NCBI GenBank assembly: GCA_044344255.1
Contig: JBIJDH010000010.1
Coordinates: 96,001 to 160,000, forward strand
DNA from: Myxococcota bacterium
Lineage (GTDB): Bacteria > Myxococcota_A > UBA796 > UBA2385
Reading direction: 5' to 3'
DNA: 64,000 bases
The position numbers were made by a program, and so were the translations under genes. This document shows, piece by piece, positions 13,067 to 22,017 of the stretch (the first letter of the stretch is position 1; every line of letters starts with the position of its first letter). The notes beneath the pieces are model-generated. The model did not search any database and was not told the DNA's origin. It saw only the letters and a list, made by a program, of their open reading frames with translations.

Positions 13067-14614
13067 ATGACTTCGCAGCACACGCTTCCGCACGCACACG
13101 AGGGCGGCCAGCGCGCCCAGCAGGCCTCATCCGCAGAGGCCCGAGGCGCTCGGATCCTGCGCTCCACCACCCTGCTGGTGCCCCTCTTCGCGGCGGCGGG
13201 CCTCGCCCACGCCGGCTCGATCTCCGCCCCGGGCACGCTCGCCGGCCCCGACTCCGGCGCCGCCACCCCCGATCCCGCGGCCGCCTACTTCAACCCTGCG
13301 GCCCTCGGCGGCACGGAGGGCGTGAAGCTGATGATGGACACCCAGGTGGCCTTCATCCGCGTCGACGTCACCTCCACCCGCTACTCCCCCATCGGCGAGG
13401 CCGCCTGCGGGGACAGCTACGAGGCCGGCATCGACCCCAACACCTGCGCCCCCTACAAGGGCTCGAAGGCGCGGGTCCAGGTGCCGGTGGCCATGCTCGG
13501 CGTGAGCTGGAAGGTCATCCCCGACCGCCTCGCCCTCGGCCTCGCCATCTCCGACGCCTTCGTGGGCGGCGGCGACTACCGCGCCGGAGAGCCCGACAAC
13601 GAGGCCCCCTTCGAGGGCTCCCAGCGCTACGCCGGCGTCATGACCAAGATCATCACGCTCCACGCCAACCCGGCCGTGGCCGTCACCATCGTCGATGGTG
13701 TGCACGTCGGCGGCGGCGGCAAGATCATCTACGACAGCATCGAGGCCATCCAGGCGGCTGACCTCACGGGCACCGAAGGTTGGGACCCCGACCACCCCGA
13801 GGAGCCCTACTCCCGCGACTCCTACCTCGAGGGCAAGGCCTCCGGCCTCCACTTCGGCTGGGAGGCCGGCGTCTTCGTCAACCGCTGGAAGTACGCCCAG
13901 GTGGGCCTCTCCTACCACCACAACGGCGCCTTCTCCGCCGAGGGCGACGGCTCGCTCAACCTGCCGGACTCCATCGGCGCCGATCAGGACGCCAACGTCT
14001 CCTTCGACCTGCCTTTGCCCGACGTCATGATGTTCTGGGCCAACTCCCAGGTCACCGACAAGCTCATGGTGGGGGCCGGCGCCGACTGGCAGCTCTGGAA
14101 CAACTGCTGCGGCGGCGAGGACGGTGACATCATCATCGGCCTCACCAGCACCGACGACGGCGACGCCATCGGCACCGACGAGGCCGACGGGCTCGGCGGC
14201 ATCGTGGTCGACGACAAGCAGTATTCCCCTCGCCGCCTCTGGAACTCGGTCAACTACGGGGCCAACGCCGGCTGGCAGGTGACCGACCCCGTCTGGATCG
14301 GCGGCCGCGTCGGCTACAACCAGAACGCGGTGCCCGACTACGCCGTCTCCGCGACCAACCTCGACTTCCAGTCGATCGGCGTCCAGGCCGCCGGCCGCTA
14401 CAAGATCGGCAAGAAGCTCACCCTGGGCCTGTCCTACTCGAAGTTCTTCACCTTCGAGCGGACCATCACCGACTCCGCCTGGAACGATCAGCAGGGAGAC
14501 CGCGCAGGCTGGGACCCCCGCTTCACCCCCCAGGTGCCCTACAAGGCCGGCACCAACGGCACCTACAAGAGCAAGGTCGATGTGGTCGGCCTGCGGGTCG
14601 GCGCCGACTTCTGA
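13067..14614 (+). CDS. OmpP1/FadL family outer-membrane transporter
   Basis: AAYFNPAAL hatch motif, beta-barrel pattern, C-terminal Phe; true start may be downstream. Confidence 0.85.
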   Translation: MTSQHTLPHAHEGGQRAQQASSAEARGARILRSTTLLVPLFAAAGLAHAGSISAPGTLAGPDSGAATPDPAAAYFNPAALGGTEGVKLMMDTQVAFIRVDVTSTRYSPIGEAACGDSYEAGIDPNTCAPYKGSKARVQVPVAMLGVSWKVIPDRLALGLAISDAFVGGGDYRAGEPDNEAPFEGSQRYAGVMTKIITLHANPAVAVTIVDGVHVGGGGKIIYDSIEAIQAADLTGTEGWDPDHPEEPYSRDSYLEGKASGLHFGWEAGVFVNRWKYAQVGLSYHHNGAFSAEGDGSLNLPDSIGADQDANVSFDLPLPDVMMFWANSQVTDKLMVGAGADWQLWNNCCGGEDGDIIIGLTSTDDGDAIGTDEADGLGGIVVDDKQYSPRRLWNSVNYGANAGWQVTDPVWIGGRVGYNQNAVPDYAVSATNLDFQSIGVQAAGRYKIGKKLTLGLSYSKFFTFERTITDSAWNDQQGDRAGWDPRFTPQVPYKAGTNGTYKSKVDVVGLRVGADF

Positions 14615-14620
14615 GGCCCC

Positions 14621-15787
14621 ATGCGCGCCGTCCTCCTGCTCTGGCTCCCCCTCTTCGGCTGCGGCTCGGACGTCTTCGTCACCGAGAAGGGCCGCTGTGA
14701 CGGCCAGCTCCAGGAGACCGAGGGCGGGGTTGACGAGCCCTTCGACTCCGACGGCGACGGCTTCTTCGACGGGGCCAACCCCGACTGCGGAGAGACCTAC
14801 CCCGCCGACCGCCTCGACTGTGACGACGGCGACCCCGCCATCCACCCCGGCGCCGCCGAGCTCGGGTGTAACGGCATCGACGACGACTGCGACGAGGCCA
14901 CCGAGGACGACGCGGACGGCGACGGCGACGGCGTGGGGGTCTGCGCCGACTGCGCCGACGGCGACCCCACCCGCCGGCCCGGCGCCGCTGAGCTCGGCTG
15001 CAACGGCATCGACGACGACTGCGACGAGGCCACGCCAGACGAGGATGACGCCGATGGGGACGGCGCGAGCTCCTGCGAGGACTGCGACGACGGGGACAGC
15101 AACCGCGCGCCGGGGCGCGTCGAGATCCTGTGCAACGACATCGACGACGACTGCGACGCGGCCACGGTCGACGCCCTCGACGCCGACCTCGACGGGGCCA
15201 GCTCCTGTGAGGACTGCGACGATGACGCCCCGGACGTGCACCCGGGCGCCCTCGAGGTCCCCTGCACCGGCATCGACGAGGACTGCGAGGCCGCCACACC
15301 CGACGCGCCCGACCTCGACGCCGACGGCTGGAGCGCCTGTGAGGACTGCGACGAGGGGGACACCGCCGTCTCCCCCGGCGCCGAAGAGCTCTGCGACAAC
15401 GGCATAGACGACGACTGCGACGACGAGATCGACGAGCTCTGCGACGTCTCCTACTCAGACTCCTGGACCCTCGACGACACGATCCAGTATTCTTGCGTCT
15501 GGGGCCTCGTGTCGGTCAACTTCTCGAAGCTCAACATCCTCGACGCCCGCCCCGACATCACGGTGGCGCCGCCTTCGGGCTCGCAGCCCGGTACGATGAG
15601 CGGCAGCTTCACCGGCACCACGACGTTTACGGCCGAGAACATCCTCACCGGGAGCTGCGACGAGATCTATACGATCGAGGGCGAGTTCCCGACGGCCACC
15701 ACGCTGAGCGGCACCCTCTCGATCAGCTTCGTGGGCACCTGCTTCGACTGCACCGCCCAGTCTTTCCCCTTCACGGGCAGCCGCTGA
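14621..15787 (+). CDS. Lipoprotein with putative metal-binding (MopE-like) Cys/Asp repeats
   Basis: Lipobox LFGC; five DCDD....PGA.E.CNGIDDDCD units. Confidence 0.88.
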   Translation: MRAVLLLWLPLFGCGSDVFVTEKGRCDGQLQETEGGVDEPFDSDGDGFFDGANPDCGETYPADRLDCDDGDPAIHPGAAELGCNGIDDDCDEATEDDADGDGDGVGVCADCADGDPTRRPGAAELGCNGIDDDCDEATPDEDDADGDGASSCEDCDDGDSNRAPGRVEILCNDIDDDCDAATVDALDADLDGASSCEDCDDDAPDVHPGALEVPCTGIDEDCEAATPDAPDLDADGWSACEDCDEGDTAVSPGAEELCDNGIDDDCDDEIDELCDVSYSDSWTLDDTIQYSCVWGLVSVNFSKLNILDARPDITVAPPSGSQPGTMSGSFTGTTTFTAENILTGSCDEIYTIEGEFPTATTLSGTLSISFVGTCFDCTAQSFPFTGSR

Positions 15788-15829
15788 GCTCGGCCGTGGG
15801 GGCCCTCACCGGGGTCGTCGCGGGGGCCC

Positions 15830-16939
15830 TCACAGGTCGTCGCGGGTGATCTCCTCGTCGCCGCTGCCCACGCTCTCCGGCAGGCCGCTGCGCTCGACCA
15901 CCGTGTCGAAGCGGTCCCCTGTCCACGCCTCGAGCTCCACGAGGGCGCCCTCCTCGATCGTGAAGCGGAGCAGGCTGCGGGCGGAGGTGGGGCTGGTGCC
16001 GATGAGCTGGCGCGCCCCGTCGCCGAGGCAGGCGGTGGCGACGAGGCGGAGGTCCCCGCGGCGGCCGGGGTAGTAGGCGTGGTGGTGGCCGGCGATGAAG
16101 GCGGTGACCGCGTGGGCGTTCAGGAGGTCCTCGAGGTCGGTGTCGAAGAGGGCCTCGCTCTCTCTCCCGATCGCCACCGGATAGAGCGGAACGTGGCCAT
16201 AGACCACGCGCGCGCTGGCGGGGGTGGAGAGCATCCGATCGAGCCAGCTCAATTGTTCGCTTTCGAGCGGGCCGACGAGGGTGTCGTCGAGGGAGACGAA
16301 GAGCACGTCGCCCTGGAGGAAGGCGTAGCGGAATGGAAAATCAGCGCTGTCGACAAAATCGACCGCCGGCAGACGGTCGGCCCAGGCGAGGGCGAAGGCA
16401 TCGCGCTCCTCTGAGTAGCCGGAGTAGCCGCTGGCGTCGTGGTTGCCAGGGGTGACGGCGAAGGGGAGCCCGGCGAGCGCGAGGGGGTCAGAGACCGTCT
16501 CGTGGAAGGACGCCCACATCGCCGCGTAGTCGAGGCCGCTCTTCTGTCCGGCCACCATGTCGCCGGTGGTGAGCACGAGGTCGGGGGGATCGGCGATCAG
16601 GGCCTCCACCGCCCCGCTCACCTCGGCCCGATAGGCCGTGGAGCCATAGCTGCCGTTGAGGTCGGAGAGGACCGCCACCCGCAGCGGCGCGGGCGGCGGG
16701 GGAGGCTCCGCGGTGTCGTCGGGGCCGCCCGAGTCGGGCCGCGGGCTCGTGTCGCCGCCACCGTCCCCGGCGCCGCCGTCCTCCCCGGCGCCGCCGTCGC
16801 CCTCGCCTCCCCCTCCCTCACCTCCCCCGCTGGAGCCGCCCGGCAGGGCCCCCACGGGCTCGGGATCGGCGGTGCGCAGCTCGGCCACCCGCTCGGAGCA
16901 GGCGAGGAGGAGGGGCAGGCAGAGGCGGGCGGCGCGCAT
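15830..16939 (-). CDS. Calcineurin-like metallophosphoesterase lipoprotein
   Basis: Lipobox LLAC; SDLN, GDMV, GNHD, GHHH motifs. Confidence 0.9.
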   Translation of the reverse strand: MRAARLCLPLLLACSERVAELRTADPEPVGALPGGSSGGGEGGGGEGDGGAGEDGGAGDGGGDTSPRPDSGGPDDTAEPPPPPAPLRVAVLSDLNGSYGSTAYRAEVSGAVEALIADPPDLVLTTGDMVAGQKSGLDYAAMWASFHETVSDPLALAGLPFAVTPGNHDASGYSGYSEERDAFALAWADRLPAVDFVDSADFPFRYAFLQGDVLFVSLDDTLVGPLESEQLSWLDRMLSTPASARVVYGHVPLYPVAIGRESEALFDTDLEDLLNAHAVTAFIAGHHHAYYPGRRGDLRLVATACLGDGARQLIGTSPTSARSLLRFTIEEGALVELEAWTGDRFDTVVERSGLPESVGSGDEEITRDDL

Positions 16940-16992
16940 CGTCCGAGTGTAGCCGAAGGTCGCCCCGCGGTGTCGCCCGGTGGGGGCACCGT

Positions 16993-18561
16993 TCAGGCGA
17001 CGTGGGCGAGGTCGCGCTCCAGGGCCACCCGCACCGCGCCGATGCCATAGCCGCGGCACACCACGAACCGCACGGACTCGGCGGTCGCTCGGCAGCGGTC
17101 GAAGACGTCGTGGCCCGCGAAGCGCTTGAGGAAGAGCACGAGGTCGAAGCGTCCGCTCTTGATCTGCGCGACGGCCGAGGTGACCGCACGAGGCGCCTTG
17201 TCGGGGATCGCTGGCCAGGCCACGGAGGCGAAGCCGAAGGCCGCCTGCAAGGCGTCGCGGGCGTAAGGGCGGGGGTCTCCGCCGACAAGGATGACCCGCA
17301 TGCCCTGGGTCTGTCCTCGCAGCGGCCAGTCGGCGGGGAGGGGCTGCTCATCGTCGGCCTCCGCGGGCGCCTCCCGGTCCCGCGCCGCCTCCGCCTGCTC
17401 CCGGTGCAGGGCCTTCCGCAGCGCCTTCCAAGGGCCCTCACCCGCCTGCCCATCGAGCAGGTCGGCGTGGCCGCGCAGCGCGCCGAGCAGGCGGGGCTCC
17501 TTGGCGGAGACGCCTCGCTCGACCAGGACCCTCAGGCAAGCCAGCGCCTCGGCGCGGCGGCCCTGGGCGAGGTGCTCGCGGAGGCAGCGGAGGAGGTCGT
17601 CGACGCTCCGCGGGGCCGGGGTCTTGACGGGCGCATCGCCGAGGAGGGCGTCCAGCGCGGCCTCGGCGGCGAGGGCGTCCTCGGCCCAGCCACCGCGACG
17701 GGGCCGGTGGTCCTTGGCGAGCCCATGGGCGGGCTGGGGCATGGCGCCCTTGGCCAGGGGGCGGAGCGCGCGCATCGTTCGGTCGGCGACCGCCCGATCG
17801 GCGACCGAGAGGGCAGGGAGATCGAGGACCACCCGGACGCGCGCGGAGAGCCACTCGAGCAGGGCGTGGCGGAGGTCGGGAGAGACCTGCGGGTCCGCCC
17901 ACTCCGAGGCGTCCACCGCCGCCCGAAGCGCCGTCACCTCGAGGTGCAGCGCGCCCCCGTCGGCGGTCTGTGCGCAGAGCGGACCGACCTTTCGGCGGAT
18001 GGCGCTGGCCGAGCGCGGGCCGGTGGGGACCATGGTGACGAAGTCTTCGCGCCGCGAGCCGTTCAGGCTCGCCGCCAACGCCGCACAGAGAGAGGCCCCG
18101 ACCGGCACGACCGCGGCGGCCGACGGGGGCTCCACGAGCCGCTCGGCCGCGGGGACCGGCGCCACGACCGGCTCCGCGACCGGAGCCATGACCGGAGCCA
18201 TGACTGGCTCAACAACGAGCGCCACGATGGGCGCAACGACCGCCCCGACGTCTGCCTCGACGACTGCCCCGACGACTGCCTCGACGACTGCCTCGACGAC
18301 CGGCTCCGGCTGAGCGGCGCGGAGGAGGGCGCCGAGGTGGGCGGCGCCGAGGGCCCGCAGGGCGTGGTCGAGCGCGTCCTGCTCTGCGGCGATGGCCCCA
18401 CGGAGCCGGAGCGAGGCCTCCGGGTCCAGGGCAGCGGCCCGAAGCGAGGTCGAGAGACGCGACCAGGCCTGTCTGGCCCGCGCCTCCGGAGTGGCCTCGT
18501 TCGTGGAGAGAGGGGATGGAGCATCACTCTGAAGAGGTTCGAGACACATTGCGACACACAT
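16993..18561 (-). CDS. Hypothetical protein with C-terminal DUF2325-like domain
   Basis: RVILVGG...DLVLFLKRFAGH...GYG C-terminal pattern; PVV/AVV low-complexity linker; start uncertain. Confidence 0.6.
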   Translation of the reverse strand: MCVAMCLEPLQSDAPSPLSTNEATPEARARQAWSRLSTSLRAAALDPEASLRLRGAIAAEQDALDHALRALGAAHLGALLRAAQPEPVVEAVVEAVVGAVVEADVGAVVAPIVALVVEPVMAPVMAPVAEPVVAPVPAAERLVEPPSAAAVVPVGASLCAALAASLNGSRREDFVTMVPTGPRSASAIRRKVGPLCAQTADGGALHLEVTALRAAVDASEWADPQVSPDLRHALLEWLSARVRVVLDLPALSVADRAVADRTMRALRPLAKGAMPQPAHGLAKDHRPRRGGWAEDALAAEAALDALLGDAPVKTPAPRSVDDLLRCLREHLAQGRRAEALACLRVLVERGVSAKEPRLLGALRGHADLLDGQAGEGPWKALRKALHREQAEAARDREAPAEADDEQPLPADWPLRGQTQGMRVILVGGDPRPYARDALQAAFGFASVAWPAIPDKAPRAVTSAVAQIKSGRFDLVLFLKRFAGHDVFDRCRATAESVRFVVCRGYGIGAVRVALERDLAHVA

Positions 18562-18653
18562 GGAGCCTCCGGGCTGTCCCGGTAGAGACACCTCCGCCCG
18601 GCCCCTCCGGACAGGCACTCTGCTGTTTTGTCGGCCGCTCCCCCCGACGCCGC

Positions 18654-19328
18654 TCAGCCCCGACGCGCCGCCTCCTCTGTGCGCAGCCGCTCCAGCCCTG
18701 CGAGGAGGAGCTCGAGGCCGAATTCGAGCGCGTGGAGGCCGTCGTGCTCCCCCGCCGCCACGAGCGCGGTGAGACGACGCAGCCCCGGGTGCTCGGCCTC
18801 TCGCAGTGTGGGCAGATAGGCCGCGGCCATCGCCTGGTACTCACCCGCCTGGAAGGGGAAGTTCAGCCGCTGCAACGTGAAGCCGTAGAGGTGGCTGTCG
18901 AGGGCGTTCCAGGCATGATCGGCGAGGGCAGGTGAAAATCCAGCCTCGAACAGGCAGCGGAGGGTCGCGTCGACGTAACGGAGCATCGCCGGGCCGACGT
19001 TGACCCTGGACATCAAGAGGCCGCAGGCCCAGGGGTGCCGTAGCAGGACCGCGTGCGCAGAGTGAGCGCGGCGACGCATGGCCTCGGCCCAGGGCAAGGC
19101 CACGCTCGGGACCTCGATCTCGGCCACGACGAGGTCGACGATGCCATCGAGCAGGTCGTCCTTGTGGGCGACGTGGTTGTAGAGCGACATCGCCTGGACG
19201 CCGAGCGCGGCGGCCAGGGCCCGCATGCTCAGCGCGGCGAGGCCCTGCTCGTCGGCCATCTGCACCGCCGCGCGCAGCACCCGCTCGCGGCTCAGCGGCG
19301 CGCGGGCGGCTCGGTCGATCGTCTCCAT
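18654..19328 (-). CDS. TetR/AcrR family regulator (TetR_C type)
   Basis: LSRERVLRAA..ADEQGL..LSMRALA..LGV.AMSLYNHV HTH; EFGLELLL.GL C-terminus; alternative start 19358 overlaps the upstream stop. Confidence 0.95.
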   Translation of the reverse strand: METIDRAARAPLSRERVLRAAVQMADEQGLAALSMRALAAALGVQAMSLYNHVAHKDDLLDGIVDLVVAEIEVPSVALPWAEAMRRRAHSAHAVLLRHPWACGLLMSRVNVGPAMLRYVDATLRCLFEAGFSPALADHAWNALDSHLYGFTLQRLNFPFQAGEYQAMAAAYLPTLREAEHPGLRRLTALVAAGEHDGLHALEFGLELLLAGLERLRTEEAARRG

Positions 19329-19357
19329 CGGCGCTGCTCCTCGTGTCCCCGCCTTCA

Positions 19358-20389
19358 TCAGAGGAGGACGACGCTCTTCCCGCGGCTGTGGCCCTGACCG
19401 AGGGCGCGCATCGCCTCGGGGAGCTCGTCGAGCCGGTAACGTCGCTCGATGACCGGGCGCACGCTCCCTGCGCAGCAGAGCTCGGCCACCGCGAGGAGAT
19501 CGGCCGGGTTGGGCTTGGCGATCAGCGGGACGAAGCGCTCCTTGTTCCAAATGTTGCTGAGCAGGCCGCCGATCGTGTCGAACATCGGCCCGACCCAGGT
19601 GTGCTCGGCCCCGCCCGCGCCGGCGACGAGGCGGCCCCCCGGGCGCAAAACCCCGCGCAAGGCGGCGTGGCGGTGGTTGCCGACGAGGTCGAGGATGAGG
19701 TCATAGCGGGGGCCGCCGCCAGTAAAGTCCTCCCGACCGTAGTCGATGACGTGGTGGGCCCCGAGCGAGCGCACGAGCTCGACGTTACGCCCACTGCAGA
19801 CCCCAGTGACCTCAGCGCCGAGCTGCGCCGCGAGCTGCACCGCGAAGGTGCCCACCCCGCCCGCCGCCCCGTTGATCAGCACGGACTGCCCGGCCTGGAG
19901 GCCGCCCGCGTCGCGCAGGCCCTGAAGGGCGGTGGTGGCCGAGACCGGCAGGCAGGCCGCGTCTTCGAGGCTGAGCCCCGCGGGGACCCGCGCGAGCTCG
20001 GCCTCGGTGGCCACGACGACCTCGGCGAAGCCGCCGCCCGAGAGCTCGCCCATCACCGCGTCACCGGGGCGGAGCGAGGCCACCGCGGGCCCGACGGCGA
20101 TCACCCGGCCGGCGACCGCCATCCCCGGGATGGGCCGCTTGGGGCGCATGAGGCCGAAGCCCGCGAGCCGCAAAAGGTACGGCGTGCCGGTGAGCAGGTG
20201 CCAGTCGCCCTTGTGCAAGGAGACCGCCACCACCTGCACGGCCACGCCGGCCGCACCGAGGGCCGGCCGCTCCACCATTTGGAGCCGTAGCCCCTCCGGC
20301 GGCCCATACGCGGACTGGACCATCGCGCGCATGGGAGCTGGCACCAAGGGGAAAGAAGACTCGGGGAGGGAGGGCAAGGGAGCCTGCAT
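19358..20389 (-). CDS. Zn-independent MDR-family NAD(P)-dependent oxidoreductase
   Basis: YGPPE.L, VLINGAAGGVGTFAVQLA, GAHHVIDY, GKSV. Confidence 0.92.
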   Translation of the reverse strand: MQAPLPSLPESSFPLVPAPMRAMVQSAYGPPEGLRLQMVERPALGAAGVAVQVVAVSLHKGDWHLLTGTPYLLRLAGFGLMRPKRPIPGMAVAGRVIAVGPAVASLRPGDAVMGELSGGGFAEVVVATEAELARVPAGLSLEDAACLPVSATTALQGLRDAGGLQAGQSVLINGAAGGVGTFAVQLAAQLGAEVTGVCSGRNVELVRSLGAHHVIDYGREDFTGGGPRYDLILDLVGNHRHAALRGVLRPGGRLVAGAGGAEHTWVGPMFDTIGGLLSNIWNKERFVPLIAKPNPADLLAVAELCCAGSVRPVIERRYRLDELPEAMRALGQGHSRGKSVVLL

Positions 20390-20450
20390 GGTCACTCTCG
20401 AACGAAGGGGGCGAGGAGGCGGACCCGAGGGTCGGCGGGCCGGAGAGCAC

Positions 20451-20498
20451 ACTTACAGCGTACACCTACGTTGTATACTTACAACGTATACCCGTCAA
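20451..20498 (-). promoter_or_regulatory. Putative TetR operator array overlapping a sigma70-like promoter
   Basis: Three TAC-N3-GTA boxes at 13-bp period; TTGACG-N17-TACAAC on the minus strand. Confidence 0.7.
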
Positions 20499-20578
20499 GG
20501 CCCCGGAGGCGACCCGCCTGCGGACCCGCTCGATCGCCCGCCGCGCCGGCCGCGTTAGCCCCGCCCCTCGGAGCTCCC

Positions 20579-21376
20579 ATGCGCGTCGTTTCCCTCACCT
20601 GCTCCAACACCGAGATCGTCTGCGCGCTCGGCTGCGCCCACCTCCTCGTCGGCGTGGACGAGCACTCCGACTTCCCGGCGGACGTGGTGGCGGCCCTCCC
20701 CCGCGTCGGCAAGGACCTCTCGGTAGACCCCGAGAAGGTCGCCGCGCTGCGCCCTGACCTCGTGCTCGCCTCGCTGACGGTCCCCGGCCACGAGCGGGTG
20801 GTGGCCGCCCTCCAGGCCCGTGGCCTCCCCCTGCTCACCCTCGCGCCCCGGTCGGTCGCCGACACCGCCGAGGACATCCTCACGATCGGCGCCGCCCTGG
20901 GCGTGCCCGAGCGGGCCCGCGCGCTCGCCCAGGCGCTGCTCGCGGCCATCGGCCCCATCCCCAGCGCCGCCGCCCCCGGGGCCCCGCGCATCCTCGTCGA
21001 GTGGTGGCCGAAGCCGGTCATCGCCGCCGGGCGCCGAAGCTGGGTGAATGACCTCCTGCTCGCCGCTGGCGCCGAGAACGCGCTCGGCGACCGCGACGTC
21101 GAGAGCGCGCCGCTGCACGACGAAGACGTGGTGGCCCTCGCCCCAGACGCCGTGGTCATCGCCTGGTGCGGCGTGCCCCTGTCCCACTACCGGCCGGAGG
21201 TGGTGCTCCGGCGGCCGAGCTGGCAGGGCCTGCGGCTCGTCCGAGAGGGGCGGGTGGTGCCCATCTCGGAGGCGCTCCTCGGCCGGCCGGGGCCGCGGCT
21301 CATCGAGGGGCTCGCCGCGCTGCGCAGCCTCACCGCGGAATTACGCGGCCGAGCCCCCGCCGTCTGCAGAGCCTGA
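20579..21376 (+). CDS. Helical-backbone metal/cobalamin-binding protein (BtuF-like)
   Basis: RVVSL..SNTEIV.ALG...LVGV, PDLVL, RPGPRL; no signal peptide. Confidence 0.88.
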   Translation: MRVVSLTCSNTEIVCALGCAHLLVGVDEHSDFPADVVAALPRVGKDLSVDPEKVAALRPDLVLASLTVPGHERVVAALQARGLPLLTLAPRSVADTAEDILTIGAALGVPERARALAQALLAAIGPIPSAAAPGAPRILVEWWPKPVIAAGRRSWVNDLLLAAGAENALGDRDVESAPLHDEDVVALAPDAVVIAWCGVPLSHYRPEVVLRRPSWQGLRLVREGRVVPISEALLGRPGPRLIEGLAALRSLTAELRGRAPAVCRA

Positions 21377-21500
21377 GCAAGGCCAACAACGAGCTGGAGG
21401 CGACGGTCATTTATCTCATCGACGGGGCCTCGCTTCTCGAGGGGGCGGCCCTCGTCGCCACCGGCCGGGCGAGGGCAGCCGAGCACCCTCGCGCCGTCGC

Positions 21501-21911
21501 TCACCGCGCCACGTACTCCACCCCTTCGAAGGTCAGGGTGCAGCGCTCCGGCGCCCACTGGAGGTCCAGGACGGCGCCGCCCGCGGTCACGACGAGGCCG
21601 TCCTCCCCGCAGCTCCAGTCGCCGGACCGGCCGTAGTCGCTGCCGCTCCAATGCCAGGTGCCGTCGGCCTCGAAGCCCAGCACCCAGGTGCAGAGGACGA
21701 CGCCGTCGGGCCCGAGGCCGCACTCGCCCTCCTCGACGGAGTCGAAGGTGGCGCCGCCCTCCGCGGGGCAGGTCGAATCGGCGACGCCGGGGCAGGTGCC
21801 GTCGCCGCCCGGGCAGGTGGTGTCGCCCTCGGGGCAGGTCGTGTCGCCGCCGCCAGGGTGGGCGGCGGGGTCGTCACAGGCGGTGAGCACCAGCAGGAGG
21901 GGGAGGAACAT
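21501..21911 (-). CDS. Small lipoprotein with 7-aa TCP repeats
   Basis: Lipobox LTAC; GDTTCPE/GDTTCPG/GDGTCPG/ADSTCPA. Confidence 0.7.
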   Translation of the reverse strand: MFLPLLLVLTACDDPAAHPGGGDTTCPEGDTTCPGGDGTCPGVADSTCPAEGGATFDSVEEGECGLGPDGVVLCTWVLGFEADGTWHWSGSDYGRSGDWSCGEDGLVVTAGGAVLDLQWAPERCTLTFEGVEYVAR

Positions 21912-22017
21912 CGGACACCTCTGCCGAGGACATAGACACCGGCAGAGGGTGCACCAAACGGGGTAGGCGCCTCACCCTGTCGTGGATGGGCGGCATCCCG
22001 TGTCGGGCACTGCTCGC

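Noticed and set aside
14800..15430. CRISPR-like regularly spaced repeats
   Set aside because: They are coding MopE-like protein repeats; no unique spacers or cas genes
20390..20578. Cobalamin riboswitch upstream of the BtuF-like gene (also checked upstream of cobB)
   Set aside because: No B12-box-like consensus recognised by eye; a covariance-model search would be needed to exclude it
21377..21500. Possible gene fragment (ANNELEATVIYLIDGASLLE)
   Set aside because: Too short to assign to a family without a search
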